Source: a virus (lineage: Duplodnaviria > Caudoviricetes). Taken from it: a DNA stretch of 44,224 nt. The notes beneath the pieces are model-generated. The model searched no databases, was not told where the DNA came from, and saw only the letters and a list, made by a program, of their open reading frames with translations. The stretch's first letter is position 1; each line of letters begins with the position of its first letter. A program made the position numbers and the translations under genes. Location of the stretch: positions 1 to 44,224 of the IMG/VR virus record IMGVR_UViG_3300012920_000078; one strand, written 5' to 3'. Shown one piece after another: positions 16,506 to 27,009 of the stretch.

Positions 16506-17678
16506 ATGGAATTAAAAGTAAGGGCTGTTGAATCCCCTGGTGAAAAATCAACACAACAAGTCGAACAGGAATTGTTAGACAAACATGAGCAAAAGGAATC
16601 TTCTAAAGAAAATGTAGAAGAAACTCCAAAGCAAGAAACAGAATCTCCACAAAAAGAAATAAATTTTGAGGAGGAAAAACAAGATACAGTTGAGGAATCA
16701 ACTGAAAATGAAATAAAACATGAAACTCCACCAGAAGAAACTGAAAAGGAGTTAGATGAAAATAATGTTCTTTCATATATTGAAAAAAGGTATGGTAAGC
16801 GAATAGATTCACTTGATGAATTAACAGCTGAAAGAAAAGAGGCAGACCCTCTTCCTGAAGATGTTGCCGCTTACTTGAAATACAAACAGGAAACAGGCAG
16901 AGGTATACAAGATTATGTTCATTTACAACAAAATTTTGATGACATGCCTGATAATTCTTTGCTTAGAAATTATCTAAAAGCTACGGAAGGTGAAGGTTTA
17001 GATGATGAAGATATAAATGCTCTTATGGAGGATTATACTTATGATTCTGAAATTGATGATGAAGCAGCTATTAGAAAAATAAAACTATCAAAGAAACGAA
17101 CTATTGCCAAAGCAAAAAAATACTTTAATGAGCAAAAGGAAAAATACAAACAACCACTTGAGTCAAGTTCAGTTGATAGTCCTACTGCAAATGAAGAGTT
17201 AATAGAGTATAGGCAATATTTAGAGTCTGTGAAAACTCAACAAAAAGAGAATGAGTCGAAAAGTAGTTGGTTTGCAAAAAAAACTAACGAGATATTTGAC
17301 AATGATTTCAAAGGTTTTGATTTCGTGCTTGACGATAAAAAAATCACTTATTCTCCAGGGGATGCTGAGGTAATTAAAAAAAACCAATCAACACCTATGA
17401 ACTTTATGAACAAGTTTTTAGATGAGAAAGGTTATTTGAAAAATGCATCAGATTATCACAAGGCTTTATCAATAGCGATGAATCCTGACAAATTTGCCAA
17501 GTTCTTTTATGAACAAGGTAAATCTGAAGCTACGGAAGATGTAATGCGTAAAACTAAAAATATAAACATGACTGAACGCAAAGCACCAGAAGTAACTAAT
17601 AAAGGAGGATTCCAAGTCAGGTCACTCTCCCAAACACAAGGGCGAGGCCTAAAAATTAAAAGTATTAATAAAAAATAA
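16506..17678 (+). CDS. Capsid scaffolding protein (putative)
   Basis: Very acidic low-complexity N-terminus, helical character, and position between portal and capsid genes. Confidence 0.7.
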   Translation: MELKVRAVESPGEKSTQQVEQELLDKHEQKESSKENVEETPKQETESPQKEINFEEEKQDTVEESTENEIKHETPPEETEKELDENNVLSYIEKRYGKRIDSLDELTAERKEADPLPEDVAAYLKYKQETGRGIQDYVHLQQNFDDMPDNSLLRNYLKATEGEGLDDEDINALMEDYTYDSEIDDEAAIRKIKLSKKRTIAKAKKYFNEQKEKYKQPLESSSVDSPTANEELIEYRQYLESVKTQQKENESKSSWFAKKTNEIFDNDFKGFDFVLDDKKITYSPGDAEVIKKNQSTPMNFMNKFLDEKGYLKNASDYHKALSIAMNPDKFAKFFYEQGKSEATEDVMRKTKNINMTERKAPEVTNKGGFQVRSLSQTQGRGLKIKSINKK

Positions 17679-17691
17679 AAAATTATAAATT

Positions 17692-19113
17692 ATGGCTGGA
17701 GCAGTTCAAGCAACCCCAGGGTTTGCTTTACAACCAAGTTCGGAACAAGTTCCGTTGGTTACGAATTATATAACAAACTTCGACTTTTTAAATCAGTATC
17801 TACCTGATACTTATGAAAAAGAGTTCGAAAGATACGGCAATAGAACTATTGCTGGATTTTTAAGAATGGTAGGCGCAGAAATGCCTTCTAACTCTGACCT
17901 TATCAAATGGGCAGAGCAAGGAAGACTACATATAAAATACACTAACTGTGCATCAGGTGCTAATGCAGCTGCTGACACTGCTACTATAACTGTAAGTGAC
18001 ACATTAGTGCCAGGTTCAGGAAGTATAGCTATCAGAGTTGGACAGACTGTAGTAATATCTGACAATGCTGGTTCTGGTATGAACAAAGGAATTGTCACTT
18101 CTGTTGACACAGCAGCTGGCACATTTGATGTTGCATACTACGAAGCAGGTGGACAAGTTGGTGGAACAGGATTAACTAGAACAGTATTTATTTATGGTTC
18201 TGAATTTAAAAAAGGTGCTAACGGAATGTCTGGTTCGCTAGAAGCTGATGATAACATCTTTCAAAATTCACCAATTATTATAAAAGATAAATATTCAGTT
18301 AGTGGTTCTGATATGGCACAAATAGGTTGGATTGAAGTTACAACTGAAAATGGAGCTACAGGATACTTATGGTATTTAAAGTCTGAGCATGAAACAAGAC
18401 TTAGATTTGATGACTACTTAGAAACTGCAATGATAGAAGCAGTACCAGCAGAAGCTAATTCAGGTGCAATTGCTGTAACTGGAGACGTTGGTAACAAAGG
18501 TTCTGAAGGTATATTCTATGTAGTAGAAAATAGAGGAAATGTTTGGGGTGGCGGAAATCCTGGCACTTTAGCAGATTTTGATGCTGTAATATCTAGATTA
18601 GATAAGCAAGGAGCTATCGAAGAAAATGTAATTTTTGTTGATAGAGACTTTAGCTTTGATATTGATGATATGTTAGCTGCACAAAACTCTTACGGAGCTA
18701 ATGGAACATCTTATGGTTTATTTGACAATGATAAAGACATGGCATTAAACCTTGGTTTCACTGGATTTAGAAGAGGTTATGACTTTTATAAGTCTGACTG
18801 GAAATACTTAAATGACCCAACTATGCGTGGTGGATTACCAACTGGAGCAAATTCAGGAAGAATTAACGGTCTTCTTGTACCAGCTGGTTCAACTACAGTA
18901 TACGACCAGATTTTAGGTAAAAATGCTAAAAGACCATTCTTACATGTAAGATACAGAGCTTCTGAAACAGAAGACAGACGTTACAAGACTTGGATAACAG
19001 GTTCTGCTGGTGGCGCTGCAACTTCAGATTTGGATGCAATGGAGGTCAACTTCTTGTCAGAAAGAGCTGTTTGTACTTTAGGTGCTAACAACTTCTTCTT
19101 ATTCCAAGAGTAG
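17692..19113 (+). CDS. Major capsid protein
   Basis: 473 aa after the scaffold; IKWAEQGRLH, YGSEFKKG and LNLGFTGFRRGYDFYKSDW; followed by a strong terminator. Confidence 0.85.
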   Translation: MAGAVQATPGFALQPSSEQVPLVTNYITNFDFLNQYLPDTYEKEFERYGNRTIAGFLRMVGAEMPSNSDLIKWAEQGRLHIKYTNCASGANAAADTATITVSDTLVPGSGSIAIRVGQTVVISDNAGSGMNKGIVTSVDTAAGTFDVAYYEAGGQVGGTGLTRTVFIYGSEFKKGANGMSGSLEADDNIFQNSPIIIKDKYSVSGSDMAQIGWIEVTTENGATGYLWYLKSEHETRLRFDDYLETAMIEAVPAEANSGAIAVTGDVGNKGSEGIFYVVENRGNVWGGGNPGTLADFDAVISRLDKQGAIEENVIFVDRDFSFDIDDMLAAQNSYGANGTSYGLFDNDKDMALNLGFTGFRRGYDFYKSDWKYLNDPTMRGGLPTGANSGRINGLLVPAGSTTVYDQILGKNAKRPFLHVRYRASETEDRRYKTWITGSAGGAATSDLDAMEVNFLSERAVCTLGANNFFLFQE

Positions 19114-19124
19114 TAATATTTACT

Positions 19125-19155
19125 AAGGGAGGTTTAACCGCCTCCCTTTTTTTTT
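19125..19155 (+). terminator. Rho-independent terminator after the major capsid gene
   Basis: AAGGGAGG-tttaaccg-CCTCCCTT followed by a T run. Confidence 0.9.
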
Positions 19156-19176
19156 AACTTAATAAAATTTAATCTA

Positions 19177-19935
19177 ATGAAAAAAAATAAAAAAACATTT
19201 GTAGATAAACTCTACAAACTTACCAGAGACGCAGCCCCATTATCTTACTTGCTGCCTACACGACACACTAAAAGAATGCCATTGTTACACTTTGATGAAG
19301 AGAAAGGTGTGAATCGTAGTTTAAGGTATTCTAGAAATCAGAAATCTATATTTGAAGATGAACAGGATGAAAATGTTATTATGGAGCCTATTGTGTTTGA
19401 AGATGGATTTTTAAGAGTTCCTAAAAACAACCCTATACTTCAAGAGTTTATGTATTACCACCCTTTAAATGGTAAAAAATTTGTAGAAGTAAATGAAGAA
19501 AAAGATGCAGCGGCTGAGGTCAACCAATTTAACAGTGAAGTTGATGCTCTTATAGAAGCTAGAAAACTAGATGTAACACAAGTAGAAAATATAGCTAGAG
19601 TACTACTGGGTGCTGATACTTCTCGTGTTTCTACAGCAGAGTTAAGAAGAGATATACTTGTTTTTGTTAGAAATAATCCTCGTGAGTTTATGAGAATGGT
19701 CAATGACCCTATGTTAAAACTACAATCACAAGTAAAATTGTTTTTTGACAAAGGCTTGTTATCATTTAGAAAAAACAAAAAAGAAGTGTGGTTCAATTTA
19801 AAAACCAATAAAACTAAAATGTTGACTGTGCCATATGGCGAAGACCCAATGTTTATAGTATCATCCTATTTACAAAGTGATGATGGTATAGAATCATTAA
19901 AACTACTTGAAAAAGTTTTAGAATCAGATATTTAA
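19177..19935 (+). CDS. Conserved hypothetical phage protein (252 aa)
   Basis: Long ORF between two terminators after the capsid gene; LRYSRNQKSIFEDEQ...IVFEDGFL.VP. Confidence 0.75.
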   Translation: MKKNKKTFVDKLYKLTRDAAPLSYLLPTRHTKRMPLLHFDEEKGVNRSLRYSRNQKSIFEDEQDENVIMEPIVFEDGFLRVPKNNPILQEFMYYHPLNGKKFVEVNEEKDAAAEVNQFNSEVDALIEARKLDVTQVENIARVLLGADTSRVSTAELRRDILVFVRNNPREFMRMVNDPMLKLQSQVKLFFDKGLLSFRKNKKEVWFNLKTNKTKMLTVPYGEDPMFIVSSYLQSDDGIESLKLLEKVLESDI

Positions 19936-19950
19936 AAAACAATATCCAAG

Positions 19951-19982
19951 AAGAGGTCAAAATTAATGACCTCTTTTTTTTT
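19951..19982 (+). terminator. Rho-independent terminator
   Basis: AAGAGGTCA-aaattaa-TGACCTCTT followed by a T run. Confidence 0.9.
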
Positions 19983-19985
19983 ACG

Positions 19986-19993
19986 TATCTTTG
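19986..19993 (+). promoter_or_regulatory. Bacteroidota -7 promoter box (TATCTTTG) for the tail genes
   Basis: Directly after the terminator, 14 nt before ATG 20008. Confidence 0.7.
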
Positions 19994-20007
19994 TAAAAAA
20001 CTTATAG

Positions 20008-20970
20008 ATGATAAATGCTGTTAGAAATACCGTTTTAGCTATACTAAATAAAAATAATTATGGCTATATATCCCCTGCGGATTTTAATCTATTTGCAAAG
20101 CAAGCTCAACTTGATATTTTTGATGAATATTTTTTGTCTTATAATAGTCAAATTAATAAAGAAAATGCAAGAGTATCTGGAGAAGGGTATGCTGACATGG
20201 TTAAAAACATCGAAGAGGTTATTGATTCTTTTTCTGTAACAGCTAGTCTATCTAGAAGTAGTTTGAACACATACATTGTACCGACCTCTTCAACTACAGG
20301 TTCAGATTATTATCTTTTAAATAAAATTTTGATTTACAAAAAAACTGTAACATCAGGTATAACATCTGCAACTGGGGGTGGTAATACAGCTCTTATTGAT
20401 TCTAGCCAAACTTTTATTACAAAAGGTGTGGCAGAAGGAGATGTAGTTTCAATTATAGTAAGTAATAATGTTGTTTCAAATTTTGTGGTTTTAAGTGTTG
20501 ACAGTGAAACACAACTTACAGTCAATTCAGCCACTCTAACAACAACCAGTTTACAATATTCTATCTATAAAAAAAATGATTTAACAAATGAAGCAGAGCA
20601 GGTATCTCATACCAAAATTACAATGTTAAATAAATCATTACTTACCACACCTAATATTACTTTTCCAGCTTATACTTTAGAAGGTAATTTACTAACTCTT
20701 TATCCAGATACAATACAGGATACAGGTAGAGTGGTTTGTCAGTATATAAGATATCCAAAAGACCCAAAATGGACATATGTTTCTCTTACGGGAGGAGAAC
20801 CTATATTTGACCAATCACAACCCGATTATCAAGATTTTGAATTACCTCCAGATGATGTGAATAATTTAGTTGCTAGAATATTACAATATTCAGGAGCTTC
20901 AATTAGAGAAGTACAAGCTGTTCAATTTGGACAAGTTATAGAGAAACAAGAACAAACAGAAGACCAATAA
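20008..20970 (+). CDS. Tail ring / head-tail adaptor protein 1
   Basis: Position plus GYISPADFNLFAKQAQLDIF...YIRYPKDPKW...DFELP, a pattern I associate with ring proteins of Bacteroidota podoviruses. Confidence 0.65.
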   Translation: MINAVRNTVLAILNKNNYGYISPADFNLFAKQAQLDIFDEYFLSYNSQINKENARVSGEGYADMVKNIEEVIDSFSVTASLSRSSLNTYIVPTSSTTGSDYYLLNKILIYKKTVTSGITSATGGGNTALIDSSQTFITKGVAEGDVVSIIVSNNVVSNFVVLSVDSETQLTVNSATLTTTSLQYSIYKKNDLTNEAEQVSHTKITMLNKSLLTTPNITFPAYTLEGNLLTLYPDTIQDTGRVVCQYIRYPKDPKWTYVSLTGGEPIFDQSQPDYQDFELPPDDVNNLVARILQYSGASIREVQAVQFGQVIEKQEQTEDQ

Positions 20971-20971
20971 C

Positions 20972-21901
20972 ATGAGTTATATAAATCAAAAAAAATATTA
21001 TACAAATGATGGTGCATCTCCTACTAATAAAAATTGGGGCTCTTATCAATATGTAAGTTTAGAAGATATTGTTAATAATTACCTACTGATGTATTCTGGT
21101 AACCATTCTTTGGTTAATAATGAAGAGAGGTATAAAATATTATTCCATACTAAAAGAGGTATACAAGAATTAAATTACGATGCTTTCAAAGAAATAAAAG
21201 CTTTAGAGTTAACCGTGTATGATGATTTAATTTTTATATTGCCTTCGGATTATGTTAACTGGGTAAAATTATCACTTTATAAAGATGGTTATATAAGACC
21301 TATGGTAGAAAACATTCAAGTAAACAGCGCAATATCTTACACGCAACCCAATGCTAGTTATCCAAACACTGGTATACCTAATTTTACTGACAATGATGCT
21401 ACAGTAGATGAATCTACTTTAGACACACAAAGAAAAAATGGACAACAAAAAAGTATTTATTTGAATAAAGACAATCCGAATGATGAAGTTCCATTAGATA
21501 CTCAAGCTAATTTTTATGCGGATTATACTATTGGAGCTCGATATGGATTAAATACAGAAACCGCTAATATAAATCCTACATTTAGAATAGATAAAAAAGC
21601 GGGTGTTATTAATTTTGATTCCACAATGGTAAACGAAAACTGTATACTAGAATATATTTCAGACGGTATGGAAGGGGGAGATGATTCTCAAATACAAGTA
21701 AACAAATTGTTTGAAGATTACATATATGCTTATGTAAACTATGCTATTTTAAGTAACAAGTTTAATGTACAAGAATATATTGTAACTAGAGCAAGAAAGA
21801 AAAAAAGTGCGTTATTAAGAAATGCAAAAATAAGAATGAGCAATATTCATCCAAGTAGAATAGTTATGAACTTACGAGGAGAGAATAAGTGGATTAAATA
21901 A
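20972..21901 (+). CDS. Tail ring / tubular protein 2
   Basis: KRGIQELNYD...LPSDYVNWVKLS...LEYISDG; lies between the adaptor and the nozzle gene. Confidence 0.65.
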   Translation: MSYINQKKYYTNDGASPTNKNWGSYQYVSLEDIVNNYLLMYSGNHSLVNNEERYKILFHTKRGIQELNYDAFKEIKALELTVYDDLIFILPSDYVNWVKLSLYKDGYIRPMVENIQVNSAISYTQPNASYPNTGIPNFTDNDATVDESTLDTQRKNGQQKSIYLNKDNPNDEVPLDTQANFYADYTIGARYGLNTETANINPTFRIDKKAGVINFDSTMVNENCILEYISDGMEGGDDSQIQVNKLFEDYIYAYVNYAILSNKFNVQEYIVTRARKKKSALLRNAKIRMSNIHPSRIVMNLRGENKWIK

Positions 21902-21902
21902 A

Positions 21903-24900
21903 ATGGCAAACATTCAAAGAAATTTTATTCGTGGCCGTATGAATAAAGCCCTTGATGAAAGGCTTTTACCAAATGGCGAATATGTAGATGCTCTTAATGT
22001 AAGACTGGGCTCTACAGAAGACACGGAGATAGGTTCTGTTGAAAACTCTAAAGGAAACACCCTTCTTACTACTATTCAATATAATGGAGCTAGTTTAAGT
22101 AATAATGCTAGGTGTATAGGAGCTATAGAAGATGGCGCTAATGAAACTATATATTGGTTTATTCACGACCCTTCTTTTACATTAGGTGCTACAAGCAAAC
22201 TGGATTTAATTGTTTCTTACAACACTATAAAAGCTACAACTAATTATCATGTTATAAGTATAAATGACGGTGGCGATTTAAATACCACTTTAAATTTTAG
22301 TCCATATCATTTAATAACTGGTGTAGATTTAATAGATAATTTGATATTTTTTACAGACAACCTAAATCCACCACGATTTATAGATATAAATAAATCTTAC
22401 ACTGACCCAAACAGTAATTATTTAGATGGTATTTCTTCTAGAGAACTTTTAGTAATTAAAGCTCCACCTAGTTCTGCACCTACTATTTCTACGCTTACTG
22501 TTGTAGGTCAAACTGATGATTTTTTACAGGAGAGAATTGTGTCTTTTGCGTATAGATATAAATATGAAAATGGAGAGTATTCTGCCACTTCGCAATTTAG
22601 TAAACCAGCTTTTACACCAGATAACTTTAGATTTAGTTATAATAGTTACTTGAATGATGGAATGCAAAACACTTTAAATGCAGCTATTATAACATTCAAT
22701 AGTGGAGATTCTTTAGTTAAAAAAATTGAACTTTTGTTTAAAGAATCCAATGATTCACAAATTAAAGTTATAGAAGAACTAGATAAAGATGATTTAGGAT
22801 ATCAAAACAATACTGATTATACATATACTTTTGACGACCAAAAAATATTTACCTTACTCGCAGAATCTGAAACATTAAGATTGTATGATAATGTGCCATT
22901 GAAAGCAAAAGCTCAAACCATAATGGGCAACAGGCTTGTTTATGGTAATTACGTTGAAGGTTATGATTTAAAAGATAGCTTAAATCAAAAATTAAAATTA
23001 GAGTTCCAGGCAACCCTAGAAAGTTTAGAAATAGAAAACACAGAGATAGTTACATCAACAGGCCCTGGAAACTATTCTATTGGAACACAATCTATTCAAA
23101 TACCAGGTTCTATTGTTTACATAGATTTTTCTACTAGTTCAGGCGCAGCAGTAGAATTAGTAGCTGGTGCATCTCTTAGTTTGGATTTTAGAATAGTGCA
23201 CTATCAATTTACTGGTAATACTCCTGCTGCCACAACAAGTGAAATAGATATAAATTTTGATTATGTGTTGCCTCAAAATTTTAATAACGTTTATGAGTTA
23301 GGTACAAGCACTGATTTTTTAGAAAAAGTAGGAACAAACACAAATATTCAACCTGTAGCTACAGCCTGTAATGGTCAAACCCTTACAGATGAGATTAATT
23401 GTCAATTACCTCAAACACTAGGCACTTATACTAAAACAGCAAGTGGTATTACAGGAACAGGTCAATCTGTTAGCGTGGTAGCTACACCTAATTCTGACAC
23501 TATAGGTTTGCATATTATTGCAATGCAATATGTAGATACAGCCAATACCGCTACAGAATTTTACACTATATCTTTTTCTGAAGCCACATACAAAAAAATT
23601 GGCAATGCAGAGAGTTTACATAGCAACAGGGGTTATGAGGTAGGTATTGTATATATGGATGAATTTTTGAGAAGCTCAACCGCTTTAGTTAGTCCAAGCA
23701 ACACGGTTCAAATACCGTGTGAAAACAGTGTAGATAAGAATCAAATTAAAGTTACTATACCACCACAGCAAGTTGCTCCCTCTTGGGCTACATCTTATAA
23801 ATTTGTTTTGAAACCAGCTGAAGATACTTATGACACTATATACAGTAACATTTATTTTAAAGACCCAGGTAGTAATGCAACATATTTTTTATTAGAAGGA
23901 GAAAACGCTGCTAAAGTAGAAAGTGGTGATAGGTTTTTTGTTAAAGCTGATGCTAATGGGCCTGTTTTAAAATGTGTAGAAGCTACGGTATTGGAGAAAA
24001 AAACCCAAGCAGGGAATTTTATAATAGTAAAAGACGCAAACGGGCAAGATATAAATGTACCTGCGGGTGCTTATATGAAAATAAATCCTAGTAATTTTTC
24101 TACAGAAACAGATGACAACGCTATTATAAATCATGGTAGTAAAACAGCAACACGAAATCAGGGTTACAACTATCCTATTTTAGCTTACCCTATGAATTTA
24201 GAAGACCCAGCAAACCCAGGGCAGTATTTAGACTACTCAGTTCCAGCTGGTTCTAGAATTATAATGAAAATAGAGCAACAAAGACTAGGCCCTGGAAAAG
24301 GTAATGGAACTTGTGAAAGAAGAATAAACAGAGTTGATTTAGAGCTTTTTGCGAATAAAAGCTATGACAACATGAGTGATTGGTTTTATGGCGATAATGT
24401 AGGAGATGTTATAGTTCAAAATGCAATTACAGAGGTAGGTGGTAGCGCAGCTGATATAATAAATACAACTCAACCTTACAAGGAAGCACCAGGACAACCT
24501 GATGTAGACTCTCCTAGTGTAGATATACTTACATCCACAGATACAAATTATTACAGGTTTTATAGAGATACAAACAATCAACAGTTATACTTTTTAGTCA
24601 CAGGAACTCAAAGGTGTGCTGGGGTAGCTTCACGTGCTAAAAGAAGGAGCTCGGTCACGGTAGACATAGAAATAAATCGTTCAGACTCTTTAATTGTTTT
24701 TGAAACACAACCCAAAGACGCATCTCCAGATATATGGTATGAGAATCATTTATCTTTTCAAATAAATTCTGATGGTCATCATTTTGGTAATGTTCAAAAT
24801 CAATCAAGCACACAACCTGCAATCATAAACACAGAGTTTTTCGATTGCTATTCTTTTGGTAATGGTGTAGAAAGCTATAAAATATTAGACAGTATAAATG

Positions 24901-26993
24901 GCAAAAGCGTAGATATAGGAGAAAGAGTTACCTCCACAAACAATTTTGATTTTAGAGAAGTACACAGATTTGCGGATTTAACATATAGTGGTGTATATAA
25001 TGATGAAAGTAACGTAAATAAACTTAACGAGTTTAATTTAGGTTTATCAAACTTTAAACCATTAGAGGATGAGTTTGGGCCTGTGCAAATATTACATGGC
25101 AGAAAAACAGATATACTTGTTTTACAAGAAGATAAAATATCTTACGTTTTTGCAGGTAAAAACTTACTTACAGATGCTACTGGTGGTGGTGCGGTTGCCA
25201 GTGTGCCTGAAGTGTTAGGTACGCAAATAGCACGTATAGAAGAATATGGTATAAGTAATAATCCAGAAAGTTTTGTGGTATGGGGTTCAAATAAATATTT
25301 TACAGATGCTAAACGAGGTGCTGTAATTAATTTAGTTGGTATGGCTGCACAAGATGAAAGATTAAAACTAATCTCAGAAGCAGGCATGAGAAGTTGGTTT
25401 AGAGACTTATTTATAGAAACGTTTGAAACCCAAAAATTAGGTGGATTTGACCCTTATATGAATGAATATGTATTACACTCAAACATCCAATTACCTCTAG
25501 TTGATACTACCCCTATTGAATGTGACATATCTAAAAGTTTAACTGTTAATCCTGCAACTCCTGTAACATATAATGTAGAGCTTGGAGAGTTTTTAGGTAT
25601 TGTAACAGTTACTTACACCATACCCTTTGAGGGGAATGATAATGTTATAACACAAGGCAGTTCTAATACTGTTACCGAATTAAACGCAGATGATATTGTT
25701 ACTGAAATACCTTTATCTGGCACAGGATATGTTATAACAGCTACTTATGGTGGTGTACAATTTACTTCAGGAACTGTGTATAGTAGTGGTTCGTTTACAT
25801 TTAATAAAAATTCTGTTTTAGACACGCAGGTTAATATATCTGTTAGCCAAGACAGCACATCGGCAGACACAATAGAAGTTTTAGTAAGTTGTCCTGTGCC
25901 AGCTAACATCACTATATTTAACGTGGCTGTAACTAGTAATGCTGATGCAGGTAAATTTATTACAAATGAATATAGATGGACTGATGGTACATTTAGCTCT
26001 CCTTTACATTCTAACCAAGTGGAATTTTCTTCTAGTAATGTAAATCCTATAGTCTCTCAGTTTACACAAGTGGCTGGTCAACAAGGAGCTGGTGTAATTC
26101 CTGGAGATGGTGCGAATGTTTCTATTATAAGTAGAAAACAAAACTTTGACACTTTTGTGTTTAATACAGCAAGTAATAAGTTAAAATACATAAGGACAAA
26201 TACTTTTTACGGAAATACATCTAGTGAGATAAGTAACTTGTTAAACGTTTCTACTAATGCGATACCAATAATTGTAGATAGTAATCCAACTCAATACAGG
26301 GCAGATTTTGTTATGCCTACTGGAGGGCAGTATTTATATTTAATTTGGGATTATAGAGAATCTACAGGTCAAGAACTTTGTTACTCTTCAGTTAGTTTGA
26401 CAGATGCTTGTACAGGATGTACTTTTTCACCTTCACCCACCCCTGTATCCCCTGTTCCTGTAACACCAGTTTACACGTGGAGAAGAAGTAGTATAGGTGA
26501 AGTGGTTACTCCACCCTCTTGTCCAGATGCAAGTGTTTTATTATACAGTACAGCTGCTTCATTATCAGATGTATTTATAAACAGCACATTGTTTTATACA
26601 GACGCATCTTTAACAAATTTATATCAAGGTAATGATTATTACTGGGGTCTTAGACAACCTAATCAAGGTTATGGTTTAGGGCAAGCTATTGCTAGATTTA
26701 CAAATTCTGGAACAATATCTAATTTAGACACTACAGGAGTGTGTAATCCACAACCAGTGCCTGTAACACCAGTAACACCTGTTGCACCACCTCCTACAAC
26801 TTGTTACTTGTTTAACGTAACATGGGATGGCAATCCTCTTGATGATAACTCCTATACATATAACGATTGTAATGGCAATGTGGTTTCAACTCAAGCTAGT
26901 AGTTATGGTGCTACCGTGCAAGTATGTGCAATATCTTTTGTGTCTCGGGGAGCTGGTATAACAGTTATTAATACAGGTAACACATGTCCTTAA
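21903..26993 (+). CDS. Tail nozzle/stabilisation ('muzzle', P22 gp10-like) protein, N-terminal part, with Pro- and Cys-rich C-terminal extension
   Basis: F..GRMNKALDERLLPNGEYVDALNVR, FFTDNLNPPR, FAYRYKYENGEYSATSQFS, GNRLVYGNYVEGYD, YGISNNPESF, YFTDAKRGAV and KLGGFDPY. Confidence 0.8.
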   Translation: MANIQRNFIRGRMNKALDERLLPNGEYVDALNVRLGSTEDTEIGSVENSKGNTLLTTIQYNGASLSNNARCIGAIEDGANETIYWFIHDPSFTLGATSKLDLIVSYNTIKATTNYHVISINDGGDLNTTLNFSPYHLITGVDLIDNLIFFTDNLNPPRFIDINKSYTDPNSNYLDGISSRELLVIKAPPSSAPTISTLTVVGQTDDFLQERIVSFAYRYKYENGEYSATSQFSKPAFTPDNFRFSYNSYLNDGMQNTLNAAIITFNSGDSLVKKIELLFKESNDSQIKVIEELDKDDLGYQNNTDYTYTFDDQKIFTLLAESETLRLYDNVPLKAKAQTIMGNRLVYGNYVEGYDLKDSLNQKLKLEFQATLESLEIENTEIVTSTGPGNYSIGTQSIQIPGSIVYIDFSTSSGAAVELVAGASLSLDFRIVHYQFTGNTPAATTSEIDINFDYVLPQNFNNVYELGTSTDFLEKVGTNTNIQPVATACNGQTLTDEINCQLPQTLGTYTKTASGITGTGQSVSVVATPNSDTIGLHIIAMQYVDTANTATEFYTISFSEATYKKIGNAESLHSNRGYEVGIVYMDEFLRSSTALVSPSNTVQIPCENSVDKNQIKVTIPPQQVAPSWATSYKFVLKPAEDTYDTIYSNIYFKDPGSNATYFLLEGENAAKVESGDRFFVKADANGPVLKCVEATVLEKKTQAGNFIIVKDANGQDINVPAGAYMKINPSNFSTETDDNAIINHGSKTATRNQGYNYPILAYPMNLEDPANPGQYLDYSVPAGSRIIMKIEQQRLGPGKGNGTCERRINRVDLELFANKSYDNMSDWFYGDNVGDVIVQNAITEVGGSAADIINTTQPYKEAPGQPDVDSPSVDILTSTDTNYYRFYRDTNNQQLYFLVTGTQRCAGVASRAKRRSSVTVDIEINRSDSLIVFETQPKDASPDIWYENHLSFQINSDGHHFGNVQNQSSTQPAIINTEFFDCYSFGNGVESYKILDSINGKSVDIGERVTSTNNFDFREVHRFADLTYSGVYNDESNVNKLNEFNLGLSNFKPLEDEFGPVQILHGRKTDILVLQEDKISYVFAGKNLLTDATGGGAVASVPEVLGTQIARIEEYGISNNPESFVVWGSNKYFTDAKRGAVINLVGMAAQDERLKLISEAGMRSWFRDLFIETFETQKLGGFDPYMNEYVLHSNIQLPLVDTTPIECDISKSLTVNPATPVTYNVELGEFLGIVTVTYTIPFEGNDNVITQGSSNTVTELNADDIVTEIPLSGTGYVITATYGGVQFTSGTVYSSGSFTFNKNSVLDTQVNISVSQDSTSADTIEVLVSCPVPANITIFNVAVTSNADAGKFITNEYRWTDGTFSSPLHSNQVEFSSSNVNPIVSQFTQVAGQQGAGVIPGDGANVSIISRKQNFDTFVFNTASNKLKYIRTNTFYGNTSSEISNLLNVSTNAIPIIVDSNPTQYRADFVMPTGGQYLYLIWDYRESTGQELCYSSVSLTDACTGCTFSPSPTPVSPVPVTPVYTWRRSSIGEVVTPPSCPDASVLLYSTAASLSDVFINSTLFYTDASLTNLYQGNDYYWGLRQPNQGYGLGQAIARFTNSGTISNLDTTGVCNPQPVPVTPVTPVAPPPTTCYLFNVTWDGNPLDDNSYTYNDCNGNVVSTQASSYGATVQVCAISFVSRGAGITVINTGNTCP

Positions 26994-27009
26994 TAAAAAA
27001 TAAATAATT

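Noticed and set aside
19111-19116. TAG stop of the capsid gene as a sign of readthrough or TAG recoding
   Set aside because: TAG is immediately followed by TAA and a terminator, and all long genes are intact under the standard code.
26994-27009. Programmed frameshift or readthrough joining the 1696-aa and 194-aa ORFs
   Set aside because: A double TAATAA stop, a normal A-rich leader and ATG, and no evident slippery site before the stop.
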